A stretch of DNA of 64,000 bases from Candidatus Sulfobium sp. (GTDB taxonomy: Bacteria; Nitrospirota; Thermodesulfovibrionia; Thermodesulfovibrionales; UBA6898), in the NCBI GenBank assembly GCA_037380845.1, contig JARRRI010000009.1, positions 64,001-128,000 of the forward strand. The letters run 5' to 3'. Below, piece by piece: positions 31,746 through 42,424 of this stretch. Position numbers and translations under genes: made by a program. The notes under the pieces are model-generated. The model saw only the letters and a program-made list of their open reading frames with translations. It did no database searches and was not told the DNA's origin. Numbering within the stretch: the first letter of the stretch is position 1; each line of letters begins with the position of its first letter.

Positions 31746-33328
31746 CTCATGTCGTCAGGCTCAACAACCAATGTATACAGTTTCCACCTGTAATATTTAT
31801 ATTCCGGATTACCCACAAGTCCCGCGAGGTTTACGGTACCGACATTCAATGACTTGGTAAGATCATCGGGCTTGACTATAGTTGCCGAGAGAGACGTCCT
31901 GCTCCCTCCCTGCGAAAAATCATAGCCGGCGTCCCTCTGGCCTTCCTGGGCCACAATGTATACCCGGACTTCCTTCACCTGCCGCCGTATCTGTGCGGCT
32001 GTCAGACAGGATATATCATCAGTCGGGGAAGCGGTAGGGGAGTGGGTCGTAGTGCTCGTGCAGGCGACATAGCCCGGGCAAGTGGCGGAATCGGGGCACC
32101 AGTCGGCTATCCCGTCACTGTGAGGGTTGCCGCTTTGGTCCTTGTTATCCATCAGGTAAACGACCTGCATGTCCGCAACACAGTCGAGGATGGGATACAG
32201 CTTCATACAGCCGCCTCCCCCGGGGCAATTCCCGTCGTTGTTCAACGTGTTATTCGTAACTGCCTTATAGAGTATACCGGTATTGGGGGCACATCTGGCC
32301 GGCATGTTCGTCCCCGGCTTTTTCACGAAATAGTCGGCGCGGTTGAAAGGCATCCTGATGTGACTGCCGTGCGTGTCGGCCGGCGCGATCCCGTAGACAA
32401 CGAACTGGGTGTATGTATGGGCGTCGGGTTCGAAACCGTTCGCAGCATACGAACCGGACTGCCCGAAAGTGAAGGGATTGCTCGTGTCCCCCAGACTCTC
32501 GTAGAAATGGCCGCCGCTGTTCTCAAGGTCCCTGGTGTTCCCTTTTCCGGGATCGAGTACTATTACCTGGTCGTCATCTTCCGGATCATTGATCCGGTCC
32601 AGCGGGACTGACGGATCCGACGGGTCCGGGTTCCATATTTTAAGCCGGTTTGGCAAGTTCCCGCTGTTTGCCATGTAGGTCCACTTCTGCGAAGCATTGC
32701 TCATGCCGACATTTGCGGACTTTATTACCAGCACATCGGCCTGTGAATTGGGGATAATAGAAGTTCCGTCACTGTCCGAGATGCCCTCGTCATCTCCGTT
32801 TCGGAAGGCGGCGGGCGGGCTTGAACAGCCGTTTGCGTACCCGGGGTCACATTCGTCACTTTGACTCGAACATGCATTATTTGGGCAATTCCCTCTCATG
32901 GGATTGGTATCAGGCCCGTCGTTGAAATCCCGGTCGACCCATGGAGTTGATCCGCTCTCGGAAGTCAGTTCCCTGTATGTTGCACCCTTCAGGTCCCAGG
33001 GCAACCCATAGCCCGCGTGTTCGATGTCACGCCTCATGACCTCAAGCCCGGCAACGCCCGAGAGGCCGGTCTCGGCTATCCGGCTCTGCTGCTTGAACTG
33101 GGTCAGAAGGCCCGTAAACATCTGCGTAGCTCCGGCCATAAACAGGACGAATACCACCATGGTAATCATCAGCTCCACCATGGTAAAGCCCCGGTTTGCC
33201 CCGGTACTTTTCACCTCATAATCGGTCCGTCGCCCCCCGGGTAACTGCAGCCGTGAAGGCCTGTTAACCCCGGCGGCCGCTCTCCACAGTTTCGTAATGC
33301 GGATTGGATCCCTTGTCTTATCCTTCAT
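31742..33328 (-). CDS. pilW: Type IV minor pilin, PilW-like (large, Cys-rich)
   Basis: RG|FTMVELM prepilin motif, MRRDIEHAGYG, QVKEVRVYIVAQEG. Exact start uncertain. Confidence 0.82.
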   Translation of the reverse strand: MKDKTRDPIRITKLWRAAAGVNRPSRLQLPGGRRTDYEVKSTGANRGFTMVELMITMVVFVLFMAGATQMFTGLLTQFKQQSRIAETGLSGVAGLEVMRRDIEHAGYGLPWDLKGATYRELTSESGSTPWVDRDFNDGPDTNPMRGNCPNNACSSQSDECDPGYANGCSSPPAAFRNGDDEGISDSDGTSIIPNSQADVLVIKSANVGMSNASQKWTYMANSGNLPNRLKIWNPDPSDPSVPLDRINDPEDDDQVIVLDPGKGNTRDLENSGGHFYESLGDTSNPFTFGQSGSYAANGFEPDAHTYTQFVVYGIAPADTHGSHIRMPFNRADYFVKKPGTNMPARCAPNTGILYKAVTNNTLNNDGNCPGGGGCMKLYPILDCVADMQVVYLMDNKDQSGNPHSDGIADWCPDSATCPGYVACTSTTTHSPTASPTDDISCLTAAQIRRQVKEVRVYIVAQEGQRDAGYDFSQGGSRTSLSATIVKPDDLTKSLNVGTVNLAGLVGNPEYKYYRWKLYTLVVEPDDMR

Positions 33329-33822
33329 GTTCCCGGCTGCCTCAGGATGGTAGAGCTGAAATGTGAGTAACACTTGTCCTTGTAAACCACTCTGACTACG
33401 ACCCCCACCTCTCTTTTGGTGGCGTCCACCGTTGTAACCACCCTTCTCGTGCCGAAGCTGACCGTCATGTTTCTTATCTTCCTGTCCACCTTCACGGGAT
33501 AGGGCCCGCTATCATACCCGGTCCCGGTGCATCCTTCGCCCGTCTTACATAAGCATTCCTGCTGATCGTCCGGAGTGGGCAGAGTATAATCATCACCGGG
33601 CGAAGTATCTGTCTGGACCTTGTCCCACGTCAGGTTCCGCGCCTCGTTTATCCTGGTCTCCGCCACGCTCACCGCCTCGTCCCTGATACTGTTTTTCGTG
33701 TTCGCGTCAATGCTCACCAGTGCGGTCTGCATCAGGGCTAGCGAGACGAAGAGAAGCACCACCAGGGCAACCATCACCTCGACCAGGGTCACTCCCCTGT
33801 TATTTAACAGTACAGGTTCCAT
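33325..33822 (-). CDS. pilV: Type IV minor pilin, PilV-like
   Basis: RG|VTLVEVMVAL prepilin motif; position in the cluster. Confidence 0.8.
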   Translation of the reverse strand: MEPVLLNNRGVTLVEVMVALVVLLFVSLALMQTALVSIDANTKNSIRDEAVSVAETRINEARNLTWDKVQTDTSPGDDYTLPTPDDQQECLCKTGEGCTGTGYDSGPYPVKVDRKIRNMTVSFGTRRVVTTVDATKREVGVVVRVVYKDKCYSHFSSTILRQPGT

Positions 33823-34342
33823 CGCTTATGTCCCACTTTCCCATATCTATTTTCATGTCTCTTAATGAAATGCAGTCATAGTCAGGTCTCTTCGTCGTAT
33901 CAGCATTATTTGAAGAGGTAATGTATATATCGCCACTGGCCGGGTCAATAATCCCTCTGCTTTCGAATGTGATAATGCCGCCCCCGGTCCACGTCAGTCG
34001 ATAATCCACTGATTTCGGATAGCCCGTCACGGTGGTGTCCTTGTTTGTCCCGGAATCCTCCAATAACCCGTTTCCGTCCACCGGGGGATTGGTGTCCCGA
34101 TAGATCGTATACGACGCACTGCTCGGGAACTTCACGAAGAAAGCCCTGTCCTCCTGCATCGCCATCGTCCTTGCATTCACAAGATCGGTATACACTTGTC
34201 TGACCTCGCTTTCCTGCTTGTAGCGCCCCTTCCATCCTTCATACGAAAATCCGGCGGCAAGGGCCAGTAGCGAGATAATCGATATGACGATCAGAAGCTC
34301 TACGAGAGTTATACCCCGGATGCCTTTTGCCTCCTGAATCAT
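33800..34342 (-). CDS. fimU: Type IV minor pilin, FimT/FimU-like
   Basis: RG|ITLVELLIV, DLVNARTMAM, ITFESRG. Confidence 0.75.
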   Translation of the reverse strand: MIQEAKGIRGITLVELLIVISIISLLALAAGFSYEGWKGRYKQESEVRQVYTDLVNARTMAMQEDRAFFVKFPSSASYTIYRDTNPPVDGNGLLEDSGTNKDTTVTGYPKSVDYRLTWTGGGIITFESRGIIDPASGDIYITSSNNADTTKRPDYDCISLRDMKIDMGKWDISDGTCTVK

Positions 34343-37300
34343 CGTTCTCTTATGTGGACCACGCTTTTTACCGGCGGCGGAGGTGCGAGGATGGACAGGC
34401 CCTGGGCAATGGGGGGAACACCCTCCATACCCGCCGTCTTTCTGTTGCCGGACCCCGTAAACGCCGTAGCCATATCAACCTGCTCGATGCTGCCGGTCGA
34501 AATCTGTAGAATGGCCTTCCCCTTCAATATGGCTCCAGCCTCCCCTCCCGTGTCGTACTTTACCGCCCAGATGTAACTCTTACCGCCAAGCTCACATAAA
34601 GTGGAGTAGGGCGCGTAAGTGGTAAAGAAAACCGCACCGGAGGTCGTCGCCAGCGGGTCGGTTATCACCCTCTCGGCCCCAAGGGACTTTGTGGCATCCG
34701 AATCGGTGTATGGGTCCGCCAGGTCGATGCGCCACCCGTCGGCATCCTGCGCCACATCACCGATGTCCGTCGCATTGTTCAGGCTGCTCATGGTGCGCTG
34801 GGAGTTGCATGAGGCACTGATGGATGAGCCTGAAGAAGTATAGCACGGCTCTGTTACCCCGAAAATCGTCCTCACCTCGTCGTTGTCGTCTTTTTCCGTC
34901 GCGGTCTTATAGAAATACCTTCCGGTCCCGAAGTAGAGCCAAAGCTCGCTGTTGCGGTTGTCCTGCAATTTAACGACGGAAGATGTCACCGGTCCTATGC
35001 CGTCTATGACCTTCGATACCGTCCAATCGTCCGGATCCAGATCGTCGTTAGTCACCAGCCTCCAGACGCCGCCATCCGTCCAGGTGTCCGCAGTACACGG
35101 ATCTCCGCTGACGCATTTCTTTACGTATCCGCCGTAAAGTACGTCATCCTGGTAATCATTGTTGACGTCCATTGTCGCGTTGAGCATCGAACCGGCAAAG
35201 GCGTTGGTGATACCCGTATCTATGGTCCTCAACAACTCCCCGGTCTTCAGGTCGAGGACGAACAGCTTCAGGTTCTGGTCGGAGGTTCCGGAAAACTGTC
35301 TGTTCGCAATGGGTCCGGTGGGGCCGCTGCCGATAACTGCAAACCACCTGCCGTCCTTGCTCTTGTCGGAATCGTCCTGCCAGTCCGTCTTGCCGTCGCC
35401 GTTAGTGTCGCCTGTCTTCGTAGCGATCCGGACAATTGCCGGACCGGTAGTGGAAAACCCGAGGTCCTCGTTCGAAAATTCCCACAGGAGTTTGGGCTTC
35501 TTGGATGCATCGTAAAGGTTTTCGGTCACGTCCAGCGCGAAGTAGGCGGAATAGCCGAGGCCCTTAGTGTTATCGGCAGGATCCAGAATCGGTGTTCCCA
35601 CGTCGCTTGTAGCCGGGCTCTCGCAGGTCTCCCCGGCGGGACAATCCGAATCCTGCGAGCATTTCTGCGAGGTGGTAACGGAGCATACCTTCGCCTTGCA
35701 GGCCCCGCCGTATCTCATACCTCCGATCACAATGGTCCGGAAACTGTCTTTGTCCTTGTCGCATTTCCAGTAATCGGTCTCGGTGCAGGCGGTGCTGGGT
35801 CCTTCTACGCTGGCATCGAATACATAAGGAGTAAGGTCGACGGAATAGACGTGGCAATATTGTTTATCGGCAGTATACTCGAGGTAAGGAAGCACGTCCT
35901 TTGGTATAAAGGCCCATATCTCCTCGCCTTTCTCCGGGCATGTGCCCTTTCCCGTCGCCACACATTCGGCATCTGATGTGCATTCCTGGGTGTGGTCCCC
36001 TGTACACGTTCTTAGCAGCCTTGCCTTCTCGTAGTTGCCCTGCCCAGTCCATTTCAGTTGAAGGGTACCGAGCCTGAAAGCATGCAGCATTCCGTCGTTC
36101 GCACCCGCAAAAACCATTCCCCTGTCACTGTAGCCCGGTGACGATGTCGTAAAGTAGGCGTTGTCGACCGTGCCGTAAGCGGGGGCGTCAAGCGGCCCGT
36201 AATCAGTGTCTCCGTATACCAGATTGTAATAGTTCAGCGGCAGCCAGGAGGCAACCCTGGGCGTCGAATTCAACACATCGCCGAGCTTCCATACGTTCGT
36301 CTCCCCGCTGTCCGGCCCCGCGCCTCCGCTTCCGTCTAGATCGATGGAGACGGTACGAGACCTGTAAGGATCGTCCGAGCAGGTGGTCGGCGAAGTGCAG
36401 TCAGCATCCGAGGTACACGGAGTAGTCGTTCCGGTACAGAACCTGTCGTACCCCCTGACCCAGCTGATCAGCTTCGACGCTTCGTTCGCACTTCCCGCCT
36501 GCAGATAAGGCTGCAGGACTGCAGCGTTATCGGTTTTGAAGTACATCAGCCCGGTGCCCTTGCCGTCCTGGTCCAGGCAGGTGGCAGAGGCGTCTTTCAG
36601 GTCGCAGTCGGTGTAAATCGTCCTGTCCGAAGCCGGTGTCTTCCATAGGAGCTTGCCGGCCTCCCACAGCGAATGGATGTTCTCGATATCGATAGTATCG
36701 ACATAACTGTCAGGAGATCCGTTACCGTCGGTATCAAGATACCGCTCCTCCTGAACCCTGTTGATAGTGGGGTCAGTATTCAGAAACAGCCGGGCCACGT
36801 AATCCTTCTTCAGATCGAGCACGCCGTCCTGAACGCCAGTCGAGGAGTCGGGGGTGTCCTCCCTTATGTTGCTGTTGGAGAAGAAGGGGTCGACATAATA
36901 CCACAGGTTCTGGAGGGACCCGGCCCAGTACATTTCGGTGTGGAAGTCGAACTGGCGCCTGGGATAGAAAAGGGCCTGGATGAGGTTGGCACCACTGCCC
37001 TCGCCGGAAGCCAGCACCGATGCCGCTGTACCGGAGGTGGCCTTGGCCGCGATTTCGAGGAAGGCGTTCTTGAGAGAGGTCCTGAGAGCGGCCGGATCCT
37101 GAGCCAGATAGTATCTTCCGCCCCCGTACCGGGCCGTTTTGCACATCAGGTTGTCCGACTTGCAGTCATCCAGCCCCGACAGGTCTGTGTCGGAGTAATC
37201 CGAGCAGGTCTGCGAATCAAGATTGCCGGTCCCGGTGAAGACGGTATAAGTAGCCACCTTTTGGGAATAATTCTGGGGAGACTGGGTAAAATCATGAATG

Positions 37301-40235
37301 TCCCTGTTTTGGGCAAGCCATGCCATCTGCTGCACGTTCCGGCTTCCCGCGTAGGCCACACACGAGTTCGAGCTGTCAGCGGTTGTAATCCCGGTTATGG
37401 TATCAAAATGTGTCGTAAGATCGCCGGCCGGCAGCTGGCCGCTGTATGTGTCAAAGGCGGTTTTCACCTTGCCGTTGAGGTCCGCCGTCGACTGCCCGTC
37501 AGTTATCAGGAGAACATTGTTCTTTTGGCATAAATTCTGAGAAGGGACCGGGGTCAGGTCGAAGTCTCCTGTATTTATCCGCATCGCCGACGCATCCGTC
37601 GTGCTGTCCGTCAGTGCATAATAGCCTATAGTGTTATAAAGGCCTTCCGAAAAGGGGGTCCACGCGCCCGCCCACAGATTGTCGATGGAGTTTATGATGC
37701 CTGCAGAGGCATGCCCGCCGTTGGGTGTGATCGGAATTTTTTCACCCTTATCGGGGATGTGGGACGACGGCAATATTTCCGCTCCGTCAAAATTGCTTTG
37801 ATTGGCGCCGCTGCTGGCTGACGGTATACAGGATCCGCCCGGACAATCGTTAGTGGCACCGCCGGGCAGCAAGGTGCAGGGCCGGCCTTTATACGGGTCA
37901 TTAGTATTGCTGTCGCAGACATAGGGACATGGTACGAGGGGGTAGCATATACCGCCATTAGAGCAGGCGCTGTCCGCTGTACATGACTGGGCCTTGTCGT
38001 TTGAACAGAACGCTGGCCCGTTTCCGGAAACGGTCTTCGCAGCATCATCTCTAACAGCGCACTCTGTGGATGAGCCGTTATAATCGAAGCTCATCGCCCC
38101 GATCCTGATCACGCCGGCAAAGTCCTGTATAAGTCCCCTAGGCACGCCCGAGACGGCGATGTTGACAGGCAGGGAGTATATGGGCGCACCGAGTTGAGCA
38201 CCCACCGCGAGGTCACTGACAACCGCCGGCAGGTTTATATAGCTTCCCGTATTGGAGGTGTCCGTTGTCGGGTCGGTAACCGGTGGGATGTCGAGCGCCC
38301 CGCAATAGGCCCGAAATTTCGCCAGTATGCAGTTCTCAGTGGCAGTATGACCATCACCGGCCGCATATTCACGTCCTACCCACTTAGTGGTCGCCCAGTT
38401 GTCAGTGCTGGTAGCGCAGTACCCGGCATACGCCGTGCTGCAAAGAAGCACCGGGCTTCCGGACCTTATTGCATCCGGCCCGCTGATGCATTTGCCCGTC
38501 GGGCAGTCGGTGTCTGAGCCGCACTGCAACCCGTCCTTGGCGCCACCGTTGCACACCCTGTACTCGGCATATATCTGGTTGCAACCCTGGGGGTTGTTCA
38601 CCATCGTGATCTCATTTTGCCCCACATCAAAGCCTGCAAACTGATACTGATAGCAGGAGTTCATGCTCTGGGCGAACGTGGATTTTATCTGGGTCGTCAC
38701 CGGCAGCAGGCAGTGACCCTTGTTATCGCTGCAATCCCAGTCCGAAGTACAGCGTTTGCCTAAATTGGGGCCGCTGTCGCAAATGTTGGCGTTACAGTCG
38801 GAGTCGACGGCGCACGCCGTGCCGGCCATCGAAGCAGGTGAAGAGCAGGTGCCTGTGTCGCAGTCGGCGTTCACAACACAGATGTTTCCGTTTGCTATAC
38901 CACTGTTCGTACATCTCTTTATATCGCAGTCGCTGTCCTGGGTGCACAGGACACCGATCCGTCCTGCAGTACAGAGGCTGATCTGGCAGTCTTTGTCGTT
39001 ATGGCAGGGTGCTCCGTCCCTGCCGCCCCCGCTGCATATCTTGTTATTGCCCGTACCTGTACACGTGCCGTTTTCAGCCGAGCAAGCCCCCGTTGCGGCG
39101 ACGCCACAGATTCTCCTGTCCCGCACGTGCCGCTCGTGATAATGCATTGCAAGTCCGAGTTGCAGGTGGTGGACTGATCGAATTGACAGACCTTTGTGTT
39201 CGAGGCACTGTAATTCAGGCACGTGCTAAAGTCATTGATTATCTGCTGCTTGTCAGCGCCGGAATCGGCAGAATAATCGTCTATCGCGGGCTGGCACTTG
39301 TCGGCATCGTAATCCCCGTAAAAGATGTCGAGCCAGGTCTGGCCGCCGGTCGATACCGCCGTTGGATTGGCCAGGTCCACCGGCCCCCTCACACCGAAGG
39401 TGATCCCCAGAGATGTGTTGGGATCAGTGTCCGTCGAGTTGTAATTCTGAAAATCTGCATTAATGGCCTCCTTGACGAACTTCCTGCCCACGCAACCCCT
39501 CGTCTCCGCCTTCAGATAGGGCGGGTCAACCGCGTTACAGGTCTCTCCCGAGGGGCAGCCGGCATTGTCAATACAAGCGGTATCTGAGAGGGAACAGAGC
39601 TTGGTGATATATTTCCCCCCGGTCAGAATCCATTTCTCCTCGTCGAACTTCGAGGCCGTAAGCCAGTTCAGGTAATTGCCGCTGGCAATAAATTTGGTCA
39701 CTGTGCGGGGGGGTGTATCGGTGATATCAACACACAGCGCCCCGGCTAAGAATTTTGTAGCCGTATGGCTCCCGCAGCCCGCCTTGTCCGTCGGAAAAGC
39801 CGATACGGGGTTGAAATATTCATTGGTCAAGTCGTACTCGTAATATTGTGTTTGGGGTGGTGCCGAATATGGAACGGTGACGTTGAAGTATCCGTAATAA
39901 TTATTACTTTTGCTATAGGTCTCGTCGTAGCAGTAGGTGGCGGCCCTTGTCTCATTGCTGCACGTCCCGCCGGAGGCGCAGTCTGCATCAGAGGTGCACG
40001 TAGCGGTGGAATCGTTCGAACACACGGTCCTTCCCAGGTCGACATACTGCGGGTCATACATACTCGCGGAGTTGTCTATCATCAATATGAGGTTCGGGTC
40101 CGTCACGCCGATAAACGGCGGCACCTGGCAGTAGTCCTTATTTTCCGCCGCCGCAGCATGTCCGGTCCTTGGGGCCATAAGGCCGCAAAGGATAAAAAGA
40201 ACGGCAAACTTCAGCAGGATTGTCTTTTTCTTCAT
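34339..40235 (-). CDS. pilY1: PilY1/PilC-like pilus tip adhesin, split into two frames near 39115
   Basis: Signal peptide MKKKTILLK, YCQVPPF, MIDAS-like IDNSASM and later LLITDG. PilY1 propeller motifs WKLGDVLNSTP, GANDGMLHAF, EIWAFIP, LYFGTG. 5' part in ORF 38919..40298, 3' part in ORF 34339..39222. Confidence 0.85.
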
Positions 40236-40261
40236 TTTATAAAACCTCGCCCTCGATTCGA

Positions 40262-40277
40262 AGCAAATAGTGTTCCA
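40262..40277 (-). promoter_or_regulatory. sigma54 (-24/-12) promoter of the pilY1-minor pilin operon
   Basis: TGGAACACTATTTGCT = GG-N10-GC, 26 nt upstream of the ATG, with a GAGG RBS between. Confidence 0.7.
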
Positions 40278-40363
40278 CTTAAACGGGGATGAAGGCAATT
40301 GCCATAAGTGCTTTATTATGAATGAGTTACAACCATGTCCGCTCCGCTTCAGTCTCGGAATTG

Positions 40364-40399
40364 TGTAATCCGCTTCCCAACTATGTAATCAGCTACACA
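40364..40399. promoter_or_regulatory. Candidate enhancer (bEBP) sites
   Basis: Direct repeat TGTAATC at 40364 and 40384; TGT-N10-ACA at 40384-40399, ~90-120 nt upstream of the sigma54 box. Confidence 0.4.
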
Positions 40400-40494
40400 A
40401 TCGCACGTCCTCTTTTTCGTTCTTTTCACTATGGATTATGAGAGGCACCGACGTCCTTGACCGGGAGCACCTGCAGGCTGTAGAATCCTTCTGA

Positions 40495-40653
40495 ATGGCA
40501 GCCAACAAAAAGACAAAGTCCTTCTGATCGGATGGGATGCGGCAGACAGGAAGATCATTCACCGGCTGGTCGACGAAGGCAGGATGCCTAACGTGGCGAG
40601 GTTTGTCGAGGAAGGTGTGATCGGCAACCTGGATCTGCCTGCCGGCAGACGGG
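40495..40653 (+). pseudogene. Relic of an alkaline phosphatase superfamily (type I phosphodiesterase) gene
   Basis: ATG GCA GCC AAC AAA AAG, a frameshift, then KVLLIGWDAADRKIIHRLVDEGRMPNVARFVEEGVIGNL, ending at a CTGCCTGCCGGCAG palindrome. Confidence 0.65.
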
Positions 40654-40693
40654 CGGACGAGGCCGGAATTACGGGCAAACGACCAAAAGGCCT

Positions 40694-42424
40694 TTACCCG
40701 CCTGCCGCCTGCCCGGCGCCGCTTGCGACCTCATAAACACCGATCTCCGGTGTCCTGGAGACATTTTTAAGCTCATGTCTCCAGGGCTGCTCGAAGGCCC
40801 CGTATTTCCTCTTCTCGCTTTCACCCCAGTAAATGTAAGTTATTCCAATATCCCTTGCCAGAGAACGCCAGTCGGCTTCACCCCTGAATATGCGGTCAAG
40901 CTTCCACTCCCTTTCGGCGTAGTCTATCCCGTGGGACCAGAGATGTCCGGGGTATCCCATAGCCACCTCCGCCCCCCAGAACGCAGCCGGATGGTTGGGC
41001 TCTGGTGCTGTGGCCAGGACCGCGTCAGGCGGCACGTCCTTCAGGGCCGCCTCCGCTTCCCACGTCTCCGATACCTTATAGAGCCTTACCCCGTTGGCGT
41101 TTCCAGGCCATGATGAGATAACCGAAACTACTCCCGGGAAGAACACGAGGCAGCCAATGAGCAGCGCCACAGCAGGAGCCAACCTGGATATCGAAGTCCT
41201 CCAGATGAGCCAGGCGATCATCAGATAAAGCCAGAACAGCACCTTTATGTTGTCCCAATCCCACGGGGCAACCATGACCCACGTAAAGACGAAGAAGAGT
41301 AAAAAGAAGACCGCCGCCATGGGGCGGTAGCGGGCAAATGCCTTTTTACGAAGTGAAAACAGGGCCCATCCCGCCAGCAGAAGCCAGGGACCCAGATTGA
41401 CCAGCCAGAACGTGAAGAAGTTCGCACCGTTGGCCACCCAGTCCCATTTCAGGTGCAGGGCACCCGGCCTCGACAGGCCCGTTACAGAAAAGACTGAAAA
41501 AGCGAGACCCACAACCGCCGCCGGGACGACCATGCCGAGCATCCGGCCGGGTTTCCTGTAGAGGAGTATGCATGTGCCGAGGGTGAGGGAAATGATGAAG
41601 AAGGCATGGAGGTTGAACCATGCAAGCGCCGGCCAGAGAGAAGCACACACGATTTTTTCTTCTCTGCTCAGGGTCCTTTCGTCGAGAAGGACGTCTGTCA
41701 CTGTCTTTATTACATAGATTCCCGCGGGCAAGGCGAAAAGATATCCCCGCTGGGGAACCCAGAGCGAGAGGAAGAAGTTTTTCCAGGCTACAGTGTTCTG
41801 AAGGTCCATCAGCCGGCCGGTACCGAGTACCTTCCAGTTCTCTAGACCACCGTTCAGAAAGAAGGCCCCCACCCCCCACCATCCCATCCATCTGTGGAGG
41901 AGGGAAACCGTGACCAAGGTCATGACCAGGCCGGCCAGAAAAAGATGGCTTGCCAGAGGCACGCCCAGCGTCTCCCAGAGGGCGTTATAGAGGTCCATCC
42001 CTATCGGATATCTCATAACCGTGCCGGCATAACTCGCATCGCCGGGCCAGAAGCGGGCCCCGCTCGCAATATGGCGGATATACTGGATATGAAGGGAGAG
42101 GTCGCCAAAGTTATTCAAATCAAGGGTGTAAAGCCCGTTTTGATTGTAGTAGAGCAGATATAGGAAATGTTCAAGTCCCGCAAGTGTTATGAACAGGAAG
42201 AACAGCCCGGTAACAAAACCGATATTGTTGAATAGTCTCCTCTCACCGGGCAGACGGCGCCAGACGAGCCCCGCCGCCGTTGTCCCTGCGGCCAGGCTTG
42301 CGACCGCCACAACGGCATCGACCCGCCCCATGGACAGGCCGAGGACCATCGCCGTCAGTGTCGATACGACCAAGTGCATCAGGATCGCAGCAGCCACCTT
42401 ACAGCACCTTCCCTTCCGGAGCAT
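40694..42424 (-). CDS. Polytopic membrane protein, putative GT-C glycosyltransferase
   Basis: Many TM helices; luminal loop FGDLSLH..YPIGMD; PWDWDNIK; C-terminal GYPGHLWSHG and ITYIYWGESE. Confidence 0.6.
   Translation of the reverse strand: MLRKGRCCKVAAAILMHLVVSTLTAMVLGLSMGRVDAVVAVASLAAGTTAAGLVWRRLPGERRLFNNIGFVTGLFFLFITLAGLEHFLYLLYYNQNGLYTLDLNNFGDLSLHIQYIRHIASGARFWPGDASYAGTVMRYPIGMDLYNALWETLGVPLASHLFLAGLVMTLVTVSLLHRWMGWWGVGAFFLNGGLENWKVLGTGRLMDLQNTVAWKNFFLSLWVPQRGYLFALPAGIYVIKTVTDVLLDERTLSREEKIVCASLWPALAWFNLHAFFIISLTLGTCILLYRKPGRMLGMVVPAAVVGLAFSVFSVTGLSRPGALHLKWDWVANGANFFTFWLVNLGPWLLLAGWALFSLRKKAFARYRPMAAVFFLLFFVFTWVMVAPWDWDNIKVLFWLYLMIAWLIWRTSISRLAPAVALLIGCLVFFPGVVSVISSWPGNANGVRLYKVSETWEAEAALKDVPPDAVLATAPEPNHPAAFWGAEVAMGYPGHLWSHGIDYAEREWKLDRIFRGEADWRSLARDIGITYIYWGESEKRKYGAFEQPWRHELKNVSRTPEIGVYEVASGAGQAAGG

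Noticed and set aside
38700..39100. Multiheme cytochrome in the Cys-rich PilY1 or PilW regions
   Set aside because: The cysteines are not in CxxCH motifs; their spacing fits disulfide modules.
39100..39130. Programmed ribosomal frameshift in pilY1
   Set aside because: No slippery heptamer or homopolymer at the break; it resembles the other missing-sequence junctions.
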